Virus record (IMG/VR): IMGVR_UViG_3300027852_000031
Coordinates: 90,250-154,249 of that record
Strand: one strand, 5' to 3'
Length of the DNA stretch: 64,000 bases
Source: a virus
The notes under the pieces were generated by a model. It ran no database searches, was not told the origin of the DNA, and saw only the letters and a list, made by a program, of their open reading frames with translations. The position numbers and the translations under genes were made by a program. Of the stretch, positions 30,838 to 40,697 are shown piece after piece. Within the stretch, counting starts at the first letter, position 1. Every line of letters starts with the position of its first letter.

Positions 30838-31158
30838 TTATATTTCTCCTGTTTTGATATATTTCTCGGGATTATTAAGAATTCTTTTATCAACAGATTC
30901 TTCTCTCCAGAATGGTGGTTCGGATTTGTTTTTATCTTGATTAAATTTGTCATTTTGGTTGGATTTCTTTTTCTGCTTACGACCGCCTAAGCATGGCGTT
31001 GATGTTCCTTTAACGATAGCAGCTGACCCACATCCGATCAATTTGATAAGCTTCGGCTGTTTACACTTTGGGCATTCTAATAGCGGTTGTGCAGACATAG
31101 AATGGAATGCCTCAAACTCATGGCCACACGCTTCGCATTCGTAATCATATGTAGGCAT
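30838..31158 (-). CDS. FmdB-family zinc ribbon protein
   Basis: MPTYDYECEACGHEFE...CPKC. Confidence 0.85.
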   Translation of the reverse strand: MPTYDYECEACGHEFEAFHSMSAQPLLECPKCKQPKLIKLIGCGSAAIVKGTSTPCLGGRKQKKKSNQNDKFNQDKNKSEPPFWREESVDKRILNNPEKYIKTGEI

Positions 31159-31163
31159 ACCTT

Positions 31164-31192
31164 ATTATACCTCCTAATCGGTTCTTTGTTCC
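31164..31192 (-). promoter_or_regulatory. Putative promoter GGAACA-N17-TATAAT
   Basis: Variant of recurring motif; -10 ends 5 nt before the ATG. Confidence 0.5.
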
Positions 31193-31701
31193 GCGAAAGT
31201 TCCCTTGTTTTTTGCAAAATGGCCAAGATTCTTACGATCCTGTTCTGTGTACAAACCTCCGTCAGATGTTTCAATTTTCAATTGTTTCTTGATAGCCGAA
31301 ACAACCTCTGGTGAACGTTGTCCAACCTTTTTGACAACACATGTTAGTAGGGTCAATAGGTTGTCACGTTTCAGAAACGCTTTCACAAACAAAAAGCCAG
31401 CCACGATAAAGATAACAGCCATGATACTACTTCCTATTATCACCCAGCCAGCACCCCCATAATTTATTGTATCAGCTTGTACGTCTTTTTGCCACAAAGA
31501 CAACTTTTCTGCAATCTGTACTGTTTGTTCAATCATGTTATTTATCTCGTCTATCTGTTCAGCCACTACGGTATTATCGGCCTTTTGATCCACAACTTTC
31601 TCAAGTCGTTCCATGTCAGTACGTACACCCTGGATGTCAGTCTTAACCGCTTCGGGTGTCACACATCCCTGCATGACACCAAAGAGTATGGCTAGGATCA
31701 T
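31174..31701 (-). CDS. Putative membrane/lipoprotein with coiled coil
   Basis: Hydrophobic N-terminus ending QGC, coiled coil, second TM segment. Confidence 0.55.
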   Translation of the reverse strand: MILAILFGVMQGCVTPEAVKTDIQGVRTDMERLEKVVDQKADNTVVAEQIDEINNMIEQTVQIAEKLSLWQKDVQADTINYGGAGWVIIGSSIMAVIFIVAGFLFVKAFLKRDNLLTLLTCVVKKVGQRSPEVVSAIKKQLKIETSDGGLYTEQDRKNLGHFAKNKGTFAEQRTD

Positions 31702-31730
31702 TATTTTTACTGATGTCTTATTAATTTGTT

Positions 31731-32177
31731 TTACCTTTTTCTTTTTCGATTTTGCTTAAGTTTTTTTGTACATTTTTGATTTTTTGCTGCAAAAACAGCA
31801 TTAACCAAGTCGTCTGCGCGATGGTTTTCTCGCCTTGGAATCCATTTAATGGTGTAGTTTTCAAATTGCGATAATAGTTCTAGTACGAGATCACGATGTT
31901 GCCTAAGCTCTAATTTGTTAACCTTGAAGGTTCCAGTCACTTGTCTCACGACAAGTTGGCTATCCCCCATGATGTGAATAATATCTGCTCCGACCTTAAT
32001 ACTACCTTGTAGACCAGCAATTAGGGCACGATATTCAGCGATATTGGACGTGCCCGCACCACACGTTCGATGGCCAGATGCGATTATCTTCGTTTCGTCG
32101 TTTGGATCAACAAGTAACCATCCATATGCACAAATATTCTGTCGTATACCGCCATCGAAATAAAGTATAGCTTCCAT
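31731..32177 (-). CDS. rnhA: Ribonuclease HI
   Basis: YFDGG, TSNIAEY, GDSQLVV, RRENHRADDL. Confidence 0.9.
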   Translation of the reverse strand: MEAILYFDGGIRQNICAYGWLLVDPNDETKIIASGHRTCGAGTSNIAEYRALIAGLQGSIKVGADIIHIMGDSQLVVRQVTGTFKVNKLELRQHRDLVLELLSQFENYTIKWIPRRENHRADDLVNAVFAAKNQKCTKKLKQNRKRKR

Positions 32178-33130
32178 TAAAAAGGTGTCTCTCCATCGCC
32201 GACTTCAGTTCGAGCGCCACTACACATGTCTCGGAAAAAACATCTTTCACAAGCACTTTCATTGTCTGTTTTCTTAAAATACGAAGGTTCGTCTTTGTGT
32301 TCGAATGACTCGGTCAATATCGGATATTCATTTCTAATTATACCCGCTTGTCTTTCCATATGTTTCATTGTTACATCTAGGTGCGGTATTGCCCTCTCTC
32401 CTATATCGGCATATGCTGCTAAATACACGGGTATAATCACTATGTCTTGTGGTTTTTTAGCCCACCCCTGTTTCATAGCATACATAGCGTATGTAACCAA
32501 TTGATCTATCACACTCTCATTCACACGACCAGTCTTCCAGTCCAATAAGTGTACTCTACCACCATACAGAAAGCCACAGTCAATTTTTACTGCGACATCT
32601 TCCCCTGTGTTCAGTTTAAACTTTTGGAAATCTTCAATGGTAAGCCAGTCGTCGTCTGGCAGGCTTTGCATAATGGGAAACAAAGGCATATCATAAAATG
32701 CCTTAATGGATGATAGCACTTTATGCTTGAATGAATTGCACCTATCCTTGTCGAGATCTTCCTGATAAAAATGCTCCGCTAAGTTAATATTTTTTTTGGG
32801 ACTTCCCTGCCATCTTTTATCGACCGACTGTTTCCAACCCTTACGTAACGCTTGTATACCACTATGCTGTGCCTGTTCCAAGGTCTTCCAATCACCAGTC
32901 GCACGACCAAAAGTAATAATGTCTTCGATTACATCGTGGACGACAGATCCCACGAACATCGGAAGATTGGTCATATTCTTTAGTGTGTAAGCTCTCTGTT
33001 TTTCTTGGGGAGCACTTGGTAACCAACCTTCCCACGCCTGAAAGTAAGTAAGATAATATTTCCACGCACATTCTCTTAGGCATTTGACCCGACTCTCGGA
33101 CCACGCATACGACTGTTCTATATTACCCAC
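32177..33130 (-). CDS. Second PD-(D/E)XK nuclease
   Basis: WSESR...C, GSVVH, KID, LDWKTG, QL..YA, CERCFFRDMC. Confidence 0.82.
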   Translation of the reverse strand: MGNIEQSYAWSESRVKCLRECAWKYYLTYFQAWEGWLPSAPQEKQRAYTLKNMTNLPMFVGSVVHDVIEDIITFGRATGDWKTLEQAQHSGIQALRKGWKQSVDKRWQGSPKKNINLAEHFYQEDLDKDRCNSFKHKVLSSIKAFYDMPLFPIMQSLPDDDWLTIEDFQKFKLNTGEDVAVKIDCGFLYGGRVHLLDWKTGRVNESVIDQLVTYAMYAMKQGWAKKPQDIVIIPVYLAAYADIGERAIPHLDVTMKHMERQAGIIRNEYPILTESFEHKDEPSYFKKTDNESACERCFFRDMCSGARTEVGDGETPF

Positions 33131-33141
33131 TATGAATATCC

Positions 33142-34350
33142 TTAATCAACAAATATAGGTGCCTCTACGGTTTTACCAGCTTTTGGATTTATCAGGAAAA
33201 ACGCCTGTTGCGGTTTCTCGAACGAAGCTTTAATGCTCAGTGCATATGGCCCGTAACCAATAATAGATCCGTTACCGACAGCGTTCTTGGTGGAAAATCG
33301 TTGGTGCCAATGGCCAAATACATCTAAATACGCCTGTTTAGATTGGTTCCATTGAGAAATAGCTTTGTTTAGTGGGATTGTTATACCCCCAACTCCACCC
33401 GCATATCTTAGATAGTTTCCATGATGAAATCGTAATGTAAAGTTGTATATGTCAAGATAGTTAAAATAACCACGGGATAGTTTGAATTTAACAATTTTGG
33501 ATTTAGCATAATGATGCATCAAAAAATTGTATAACAACCATTCGTAGTTATTTTCTACACTTGTCGATATTCTTATCTTATCTGTTGTCCTTCCATGATT
33601 CCCTACATTTGTTACAATCACAATTTCTTCAAAATCACCATTTTGTACCATAAAATCGATAGCAGAAATGCACAACTTATAAACATCCAAACTAGCTTCT
33701 ATCGGCGACATCGCATTGCTTTCCATTAGTTCGTCATGTATATAGCCTGCTATCAAATCTCCTCCAAGCCATATGACAAGCTTAGATATATTTGACTTCG
33801 ACCTACACATATCAACTAACTTAAGTCCATTTTGAAAAACTTTGCGGAATCTGGCGGTTGCTATTGTCGGGTTATATTCATTTAAACCATCAATTTTCTG
33901 CGGGTCAACAAGTTCTTCGTAATGGAGATCTGAACATAACATAACGGCTGTTGATTCGGATGGCTTGCCTTCTTTCTCTATGCTGATCGTGTTATTATTT
34001 ATATGTTCCAGGTTCCGTGAAAACACTTCCATGGCATTGGTCTGTTGTGTTTGTCGTTCAAACAACTGAAGCAATTCATTGTATTTGGCTTTTAACTTTC
34101 TGTTATCTTTGGCCACCGACCTAAGCTTTGCATCCAAACCGATTTCTTGATCTGGCGACAATTGTGGAGAACCAGCTACAAGACCTTTATCAATCGCACG
34201 ATTATATCTACCACTTAATGTTTGTCTTGGTATACCTGCCGCTTTGGCTGCCCCCGATATAGTTCCATATTTATTAACTAAATCGATGGCTTCTTGAAGT
34301 TGTTTATGACATTCTGCCATGAGCAAATCACACCTTTCTATTCTCGGCAA
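33142..34350 (-). CDS. HTH + calcineurin-like metallophosphoesterase
   Basis: N-terminal HTH (ISGAAKAAGIPRQTL), SDLH, GGD, GNHGR, HHG, GHWH. Confidence 0.8.
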   Translation of the reverse strand: MPRIERCDLLMAECHKQLQEAIDLVNKYGTISGAAKAAGIPRQTLSGRYNRAIDKGLVAGSPQLSPDQEIGLDAKLRSVAKDNRKLKAKYNELLQLFERQTQQTNAMEVFSRNLEHINNNTISIEKEGKPSESTAVMLCSDLHYEELVDPQKIDGLNEYNPTIATARFRKVFQNGLKLVDMCRSKSNISKLVIWLGGDLIAGYIHDELMESNAMSPIEASLDVYKLCISAIDFMVQNGDFEEIVIVTNVGNHGRTTDKIRISTSVENNYEWLLYNFLMHHYAKSKIVKFKLSRGYFNYLDIYNFTLRFHHGNYLRYAGGVGGITIPLNKAISQWNQSKQAYLDVFGHWHQRFSTKNAVGNGSIIGYGPYALSIKASFEKPQQAFFLINPKAGKTVEAPIFVD

Positions 34351-34444
34351 ACCGCATATACTATTACTATCACAGACTATTATACAACCGAACGTCTATA
34401 TATATTCGGATATTTTGGCTAATAATGTGTTACATATGGATTTT

Positions 34445-37168
34445 TTATGTGTCACATGCTCCGCTCGGACAATCATTAACAGAAGCCCCATCTGTCACTT
34501 GGTCTAAATGCTGTCTAGCTTCTTCCAATGGCACTGACATAAGTGGTGATTCTCCCTTACTGCCATCTCGATAAATAGTTATTCCTTTTAAATCACGGAT
34601 ACATGCCAGTATATCGTCAGACAGTTGTGTAATAGGATAATCATGCGGTATATTAATAGTTTTAGAAATAGAGTTATCTATATGTTTCTGACAAATAACT
34701 TGCATAGCTATGTGGTCTTTTGGATTTATATCATGTGCTCCCTGGAAATGCCCTATAGACTTGTCGGCTAGAAGGAACGTTTTTAATAATGGATGTATAA
34801 TTATTTCAGATTCTTTGCATCGTCTGCTCTCATCATGCATATCTTTGTGTTCGTTGAATTGTCTGCGATAAACTGGATGAAATAATGGTTCAATACCAGA
34901 TGAACATCCAGAAACTATAGAAGTTGTTCCTGTCGGCGCAATAGTCAATAGTGCACAATTTCTGATACCATGCTCTTTAATCAATCTTCTATGTCGTTGG
35001 GTTAAATGCCTTTTTATAAATCCAGTTTTAATATGTTTCTCAAAATCAATAGCTTGGAATGGACCCTTTTCGATCGCTAACGATATACTGGCATAATACG
35101 CTTGTTTTTTTACAAAATCCATAACCTTGTCAACGATATCTCTAGCGTCACTGGTGGAATACTTAAGTCCAATCTTAAGTAGCATATCATGCAAGCCCAT
35201 GACGCCCAGACCAATTCTTCTGTGTTTCTGTGATGTCTCTTCTATAATTGGTAACGGGTAATGATTTTGATCAATAACATTGTCTAAGAAACGAACACCC
35301 ATGGCGATAGTTTCTTCTAACAAATCCCAATCGATTTTGTTATCAATTACATGAGTTGACAAATTGATGGCACCGAGACAACATGAACCCATATCCTCTA
35401 AAGCTTGTTCGCCACACGGATTGGTAGATGATATTTCTCCTCCAGGGACGTAAGCCAATGAGTTTTTTTGCCTCATTAACCCAATATTCAAAATTCCTGG
35501 ATCACCATTTTCCCAAGCATTTTTGATGATGATATTCCATACTTCTTGGGCTGCTATCCTACCACGTTCTTCACCTTTCCACTTAAATATAATCTCACCA
35601 TTGTTAGACAGTAGATCAAAAAATTCATCATTTACTAAGATCGAAATATTCGCATTTGCTAATTCATTATTGTCCAATTTAGCACGAAGAAATTCTAGTA
35701 AGTCTGGATGTCTCCAGTCTAGACAATATAACAGAGCGCTGCGACGACCTCCCCCCTCTCTCAATTCATTACATACAGCATTTACTGCTCTCATAAGACT
35801 TACAGATCCAGTAGCTTCTCCACCGGTACCCCTTATCGGAGTTCCTCTTGGTCGTATTTTGGAAAAATTAATACCGACACCACCACCAGTACCGGAAATA
35901 ATGGTGACATTACGTAAGACATCGCCCCATCCTTCTCTACTGTCATCTGCTGGTATGACAAAGCAATTTCCTGTTAAATAAAAATTGTCTATTACAAACG
36001 TATGCGTCTGTTGTTCTTCGCAACAAAAAACTGTTTCATACCGATTAGTTTTTTCTACACCAACAACCTTGATACTACTTTTCTTCACATTGTCTTTTAT
36101 TGATTTCGATACAATATTTTCCCTGTGCTTATTTTTGATAATCAATTTATTATCAAATCCACTATTGCCAATAATTGACCCCTTACATATTGTTAGTTTG
36201 TATAAACTCGCTGCGCTTCCGTTAAACGGATTTTCCGTTCGAACCAGTGTTACGGCAGTGGTGGCTATCCCGGCCAATTTACATATGTTCCTTGTATCAC
36301 ATAGAACATTTCTATTCTTATTGTGGATCATACAGTGGCCTCGTTTATCGACATGCCCGTCAGATCCTATCAAGCCAGCCACAAACCCTCTTAAGTATGA
36401 TCGGGATTTTGTTGTAGTTGGTAATTTTTTCCATTCTGGTGGATGCTTAGATGTAATTCTACCTCCAGTTGATGGCCAATCTCTAGCATCATTAAAAAAG
36501 TCATCCACTAGATGACGACTATCTCCAAATTGCTGTAGCCGAGAATATTTTCCGTTCATATAGAGTGAACCATCGCCGAAAACCAACCCATGTCTAACAC
36601 CACATACATATTCTTCATCATCGTAGTCGAATCGAAGTGATGGTTCAATCAATATTCTTTTGTTCAATAATTCTTTTGTTTTTACCTTTTTTATTGTTTT
36701 TCCATTTTTGTAAACTGGCCATTCATGTTCCAACGTCGCAAAAAGTATATCACCATTCTCAAGTGTAATACGGTATAAGTATTGTTCGCCAGCGTTAAAC
36801 CATGTAGCAGAACGAAAAACTCCGTCAATAGATAATACATCTGCTGTGGTGCCACCCAAAAGCTTTATAGGAATGGCACCATAATATTTTGTTTGTACCA
36901 GCGTTTCTCCCGACAAACAATTCAGCATTTGCCCCCTTGGTCGTCCTGCACCTCTCCAAATACGACCACCAGGAGAAAACCTATTGGTACCCAATATATT
37001 CATAAATCTATTGAAGTATTCATCTCTTTTTACACCCATCTCTGCATCAGCTATCGCCCTAGCAACTCTTTCGCACGCCTGAGCGAATGTCTCATCTGGA
37101 TGAATTGCGTATCGATCTTTAAATATTTTTAACGCAAACCCTTCTGGTTCGTATCTGTCCAACCCCAC
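34445..37168 (-). CDS. nrdJ: Class II (B12-dependent) ribonucleotide reductase with intein; start likely GTG 37168
   Basis: N|CFV, GGGVGINFS, TNPCGEQ, IAPTGTTS, C-terminal CPSGAC; no ATP cone and no beta subunit in the window; GGGAG SD before GTG. Confidence 0.85.
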   Translation of the reverse strand: MGLDRYEPEGFALKIFKDRYAIHPDETFAQACERVARAIADAEMGVKRDEYFNRFMNILGTNRFSPGGRIWRGAGRPRGQMLNCLSGETLVQTKYYGAIPIKLLGGTTADVLSIDGVFRSATWFNAGEQYLYRITLENGDILFATLEHEWPVYKNGKTIKKVKTKELLNKRILIEPSLRFDYDDEEYVCGVRHGLVFGDGSLYMNGKYSRLQQFGDSRHLVDDFFNDARDWPSTGGRITSKHPPEWKKLPTTTKSRSYLRGFVAGLIGSDGHVDKRGHCMIHNKNRNVLCDTRNICKLAGIATTAVTLVRTENPFNGSAASLYKLTICKGSIIGNSGFDNKLIIKNKHRENIVSKSIKDNVKKSSIKVVGVEKTNRYETVFCCEEQQTHTFVIDNFYLTGNCFVIPADDSREGWGDVLRNVTIISGTGGGVGINFSKIRPRGTPIRGTGGEATGSVSLMRAVNAVCNELREGGGRRSALLYCLDWRHPDLLEFLRAKLDNNELANANISILVNDEFFDLLSNNGEIIFKWKGEERGRIAAQEVWNIIIKNAWENGDPGILNIGLMRQKNSLAYVPGGEISSTNPCGEQALEDMGSCCLGAINLSTHVIDNKIDWDLLEETIAMGVRFLDNVIDQNHYPLPIIEETSQKHRRIGLGVMGLHDMLLKIGLKYSTSDARDIVDKVMDFVKKQAYYASISLAIEKGPFQAIDFEKHIKTGFIKRHLTQRHRRLIKEHGIRNCALLTIAPTGTTSIVSGCSSGIEPLFHPVYRRQFNEHKDMHDESRRCKESEIIIHPLLKTFLLADKSIGHFQGAHDINPKDHIAMQVICQKHIDNSISKTINIPHDYPITQLSDDILACIRDLKGITIYRDGSKGESPLMSVPLEEARQHLDQVTDGASVNDCPSGACDT
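35966..36919 (-). mobile_element. Intein (318 aa) in RNR
   Basis: Starts CLSGET, TLEHEW, GLVFGDG, GLIGSDG, ends TGN followed by Cys. Confidence 0.9.
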
Positions 37169-37803
37169 TAAGAATCTCCCCCTTCGATATTTATACTTTC
37201 TCTGGTTGTACAATCTAAAAATTTGGTTTTTTCCCCGATAAGTCGATATCGCAAGTAATCATCCACTGTTTTCTTGAATGGATCTATAACGTGGCGACAA
37301 TATTCACCATGTGATGCATAAGACTTAGAATCAGCTATTCTTAAGCGAAACCAATTATCGATATTTGCGACACCAACATTAGCGACAAATTTACGAACTG
37401 TTCGTGGCCTTAATTCGCCACTAATATCGTGCATATGGGTAGCCACCAGCTTAGATATATCACGTACTACACCTTTGGATACTTCAAAATATTTTAATTT
37501 TTTTTGAGCTATCTCGGCTGACTTTTTAGCATGACAAGGAAATCTATGCATAGATTGGTCGGGCATCGGTTGTACATTGCATTTACCGAGATCATGAAAC
37601 ATAGCTGCCAATAAAAGCGTAGGTGTTTTAGGTGTTATATGACTCATTACGCTAATTGTGTGTTCCCATACGGATTGGCCATTTCTTTGGAAGATTCCCA
37701 TACTTATGGCTATTTCTGGGATATCAATATTTCTGTTCAACAAATATTCGCCAGGAGAAGAAGCGTTCATTATTCCTGCAATAATTGGATTTACTGGTTT
37801 CAT
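37168..37803 (-). CDS. HD-domain phosphohydrolase resembling the CCA-enzyme-associated HD region
   Basis: VWEHT..., LLLAAMFHDLGK, HAKKSA, HMH, IAD. Confidence 0.78.
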   Translation of the reverse strand: MKPVNPIIAGIMNASSPGEYLLNRNIDIPEIAISMGIFQRNGQSVWEHTISVMSHITPKTPTLLLAAMFHDLGKCNVQPMPDQSMHRFPCHAKKSAEIAQKKLKYFEVSKGVVRDISKLVATHMHDISGELRPRTVRKFVANVGVANIDNWFRLRIADSKSYASHGEYCRHVIDPFKKTVDDYLRYRLIGEKTKFLDCTTRESINIEGGDS

Positions 37804-38636
37804 GGGGTTATCACGGTATTATCAATCAACTCTCTGGCTACGTCTATAGATATTGCTTGTGCTAGATGGGACACGCAATCTCCTGTCCAGGTTGTAGCTG
37901 CTTTAAATGGTATCCCAATCAGATAATAATGACCATCATATTCTCGAAATAAACCACCACCGCTAGAACCGGGCGTAATTTGTGCAGTGTTGCCATAAAC
38001 AACCCATTGTTTTTCGCCATATGTGCCAGTAATTATGTCAGCGATTATTCCAACAGTCGGTGTTGGTTCTCTACCTAGCTGGCAGCTGATTGTAAATATG
38101 TCGTCAAAAATTTGAATTTGGTTGAGCATTTCACTGGTAGCAATTTTCGCTATACCAAGTTTGTCGTTTGAATGAAATGATAAAATGGCTAGATCATATC
38201 CAACATCTTCGCTGACTATGTTCGCATCATATCTAATCCAATTATCATTTTCGTTATCAAACACTATTATATAACATGGTGTCTCAACCCATGATAATTC
38301 TAATCTACCAGTGATGGAATTAACATTTTCTAGTTTGGTTTGCCATCTTTGCGAAACCACATGAGCATTTGTCAAAACATGATACTCTGTTATCTCTAGT
38401 CCATCATCTTGGATGGCCGATATTAACGTTCCCGACCCACTTCCATTGTTTGTCCCTACATATACTACTACGTCGAGCATTTCTGTATGTTTCAAGTCGA
38501 CTAATGGCGTATCTTGAATAAGTGGCGATAAATTATTATCGTTTATCGCTTCTGGTATTTGATAGGTTAATGATATCCATATTACAGATAAAGCTACGAA
38601 CACAACAGTTAACATTGTAATTAGTGGTTTGTTCAT
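37800..38636 (-). CDS. Membrane-anchored trypsin-like serine protease (start likely ATG 38636)
   Basis: TM segment; TNAHVV, DLAIL, PGSSGGGL triad. Confidence 0.88.
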   Translation of the reverse strand: MNKPLITMLTVVFVALSVIWISLTYQIPEAINDNNLSPLIQDTPLVDLKHTEMLDVVVYVGTNNGSGSGTLISAIQDDGLEITEYHVLTNAHVVSQRWQTKLENVNSITGRLELSWVETPCYIIVFDNENDNWIRYDANIVSEDVGYDLAILSFHSNDKLGIAKIATSEMLNQIQIFDDIFTISCQLGREPTPTVGIIADIITGTYGEKQWVVYGNTAQITPGSSGGGLFREYDGHYYLIGIPFKAATTWTGDCVSHLAQAISIDVARELIDNTVITP

Positions 38637-38649
38637 TTGTTGTCCTATC

Positions 38650-38679
38650 AAAAAAGAGCGACCCCCGACCGGGTCGCTC
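38650..38679 (-). terminator. Intrinsic terminator
   Basis: GAGCGACCC-6 nt loop-GGGTCGCTC followed by T6 on the minus strand. Confidence 0.8.
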
Positions 38680-38691
38680 CTAGATTAATAT

Positions 38692-39141
38692 CTATATATT
38701 AAATTCTTCGACAGCTTCTAGTGCCCCACCAATACCTGCAGAGATAATTTGCAGTACTGCTTCCTGATCTTGCGTTAAATCTAATTCGGCTGATTGCAAA
38801 TATCGTTCAAGAACATCTATGATGGTAAAGCCATATATTATATATTTTTGAGGTAATTGCGATGCCAACAACAGCCTTGCACCTGTAAAATCAGGAACTC
38901 CAGGTACAGACAGCAGGTCTTGTAGAGCTATCAGATAATTTTTAATAGTATCCACATCTTCGGAAGTTGTTTCTGCTTCTACTAGCGTTATTCTTGTAGC
39001 CAGCTTCGCGAACATAAAAACATCTGCTTTAATTTGCGGCACATTGTCTGGCCACGGTTGGTGTGATCCGAGGGTTGCGCATCCCGGAGCGATAAAACAC
39101 ATACTACACAAGACGGCGGCAATAAGTAGCCAATTTTTCAT
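38692..39141 (-). CDS. Putative lipoprotein
   Basis: Signal peptide ending IAPGC; AAAGGA SD. Confidence 0.6.
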   Translation of the reverse strand: MKNWLLIAAVLCSMCFIAPGCATLGSHQPWPDNVPQIKADVFMFAKLATRITLVEAETTSEDVDTIKNYLIALQDLLSVPGVPDFTGARLLLASQLPQKYIIYGFTIIDVLERYLQSAELDLTQDQEAVLQIISAGIGGALEAVEEFNI

Positions 39142-39206
39142 TTGAGTTCCTTTCTGTTATTCTGTAATTCGTATCTATTGATATTTTATACACATTATAT
39201 TATACG

Positions 39207-39527
39207 TTAATTTTTATCTCTGTTCATTTTATTTCTACGTATTTGCTTATCTACTTGCCGATTATCTGTATCATTTTGACGTCCATATTTCCATGATCTT
39301 TTTGGCTTTTTATCTTTATTATGCAGTACTTCTCTGCCAATTTGATAACATTCAGAACAAACGACATGGTTAGAGTGCGGTGGTGTATGGGCTAATCTAC
39401 ATGGACCACAGCATTCAAGTTTATGTCCACCCACACAAGCGCACAAATCAATACCAATAAACTTTTTCAGTCTCTCTTTTTTCTTTTTTTCTCTTTTGTG
39501 TTTATTCCGACTATTTTCGTTTGTCAT
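39207..39527 (-). CDS. Basic Cys/His-rich hypothetical protein
   Basis: CAC..CCGPC..H..CSEC. Confidence 0.5.
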   Translation of the reverse strand: MTNENSRNKHKREKKKKERLKKFIGIDLCACVGGHKLECCGPCRLAHTPPHSNHVVCSECYQIGREVLHNKDKKPKRSWKYGRQNDTDNRQVDKQIRRNKMNRDKN

Positions 39528-39536
39528 TATATCCTT

Positions 39537-40043
39537 CTATCTAATCAAAAAATGTTGTCTCATCCTGTCGAGTGCCCTATGTTTCGCGTGAAACACAGTA
39601 GACGGTGCTGTCCCATTGTCTTCCGCGATATCTCTCATAGTCTTGTGATCCCAAAATAGTTGTGTTATTACATCTCTTTCTTCGTCATTAAGACACGACA
39701 ATCCTTCTTCTGCCGACATACTAGTATCAAAATCTTCATTAGTTTCAGATAGATCCATTATTGTATCTAGAGATACTAGTCCTATTCTCTTTGGTCTACG
39801 ATCGTAATCTCTCATATGACGAAATACACCAAATAGCCTACTATATAGAAATGTACTAAAAGCTGCTCTGCCATCGTAGCATATCAGACATTTGAGGAGT
39901 TCGACAACACCTTGTGATTTAAGTTCTTCTATTTGGTGTTGATTTTCACCAACCCGATAACATAACAGATAAATAAGTTTCTCATATTTTTTTAGTGCAT
40001 GGTTGAAATAACCATTGGTTATTCTTCTGTTGATTTTCATCAT
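39537..40043 (-). CDS. Small sigma-70-like factor (regions 2 and 4)
   Basis: EELKSQG..LLKC..YD..FSTFLY; LNDEERDVI..TMRDIAE..STV..RAL. Confidence 0.8.
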   Translation of the reverse strand: MMKINRRITNGYFNHALKKYEKLIYLLCYRVGENQHQIEELKSQGVVELLKCLICYDGRAAFSTFLYSRLFGVFRHMRDYDRRPKRIGLVSLDTIMDLSETNEDFDTSMSAEEGLSCLNDEERDVITQLFWDHKTMRDIAEDNGTAPSTVFHAKHRALDRMRQHFLIR

Positions 40044-40055
40044 TTTATAGATCCA

Positions 40056-40697
40056 TTATTGGGAAACACGTTTCTCAAGCTCCGGGGTCCATATCCCATC
40101 GATCAGTCCCACCGTAATAGCTTCATCTGGCGACATCCATTTTGTTTCTTGCATCATTTTGAGCAACGTCTTTTGGTTGACCTTTAATTGTTTTGCTAAA
40201 GAAGCCACTTTCTTGTTGTAATCTACCTGCACGTGATTCAGCATGCCTACATGCTTCTCTATAGATTGACCAGTCGATCCTATTATTATCGAATGAAGCA
40301 TTATGGAAGAATTAGCAGTAGCGTACCTACACCCTTTTGTTCCAAACGCAGCTATTATAGCACTCATTGAGTTTGCTTGTCCACGCACAATGGTATAAAT
40401 TGGACAAGAACTTAGTAACATTTGATCCACAATAGCATATCCAGATGTTAAGCATCCACCAGGACTGTGTATGTACATATAAATTGGTTCATTCGTAAGA
40501 CTAAATAGCTGTAGGTAGTTGCAGATATGTGTCGAGACAACTTCATCAATTTCTCCGACTACCATAAGCCGTCTGGTTCGGACAAGTAATTCTTCAACCA
40601 TTTCATCAGAATTGAGAGACACATACGTCTCTTCTTCTTCCTTTTCACTATGGCAATTAGATAAACTATCAATTTTATTCCGTCGTGGCATTAACAT
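40056..40697 (-). CDS. clpP: ClpP-family protease subunit
   Basis: YIHSPGG, GQANSMSA, IMLH, EA..GLID. Confidence 0.85.
   Translation of the reverse strand: MLMPRRNKIDSLSNCHSEKEEEETYVSLNSDEMVEELLVRTRRLMVVGEIDEVVSTHICNYLQLFSLTNEPIYMYIHSPGGCLTSGYAIVDQMLLSSCPIYTIVRGQANSMSAIIAAFGTKGCRYATANSSIMLHSIIIGSTGQSIEKHVGMLNHVQVDYNKKVASLAKQLKVNQKTLLKMMQETKWMSPDEAITVGLIDGIWTPELEKRVSQ

Noticed and set aside
39181-39215. Possible dif-like site for the Xer recombinase
   Set aside because: Only loose AT-rich resemblance; no convincing 11-6-11 arm structure
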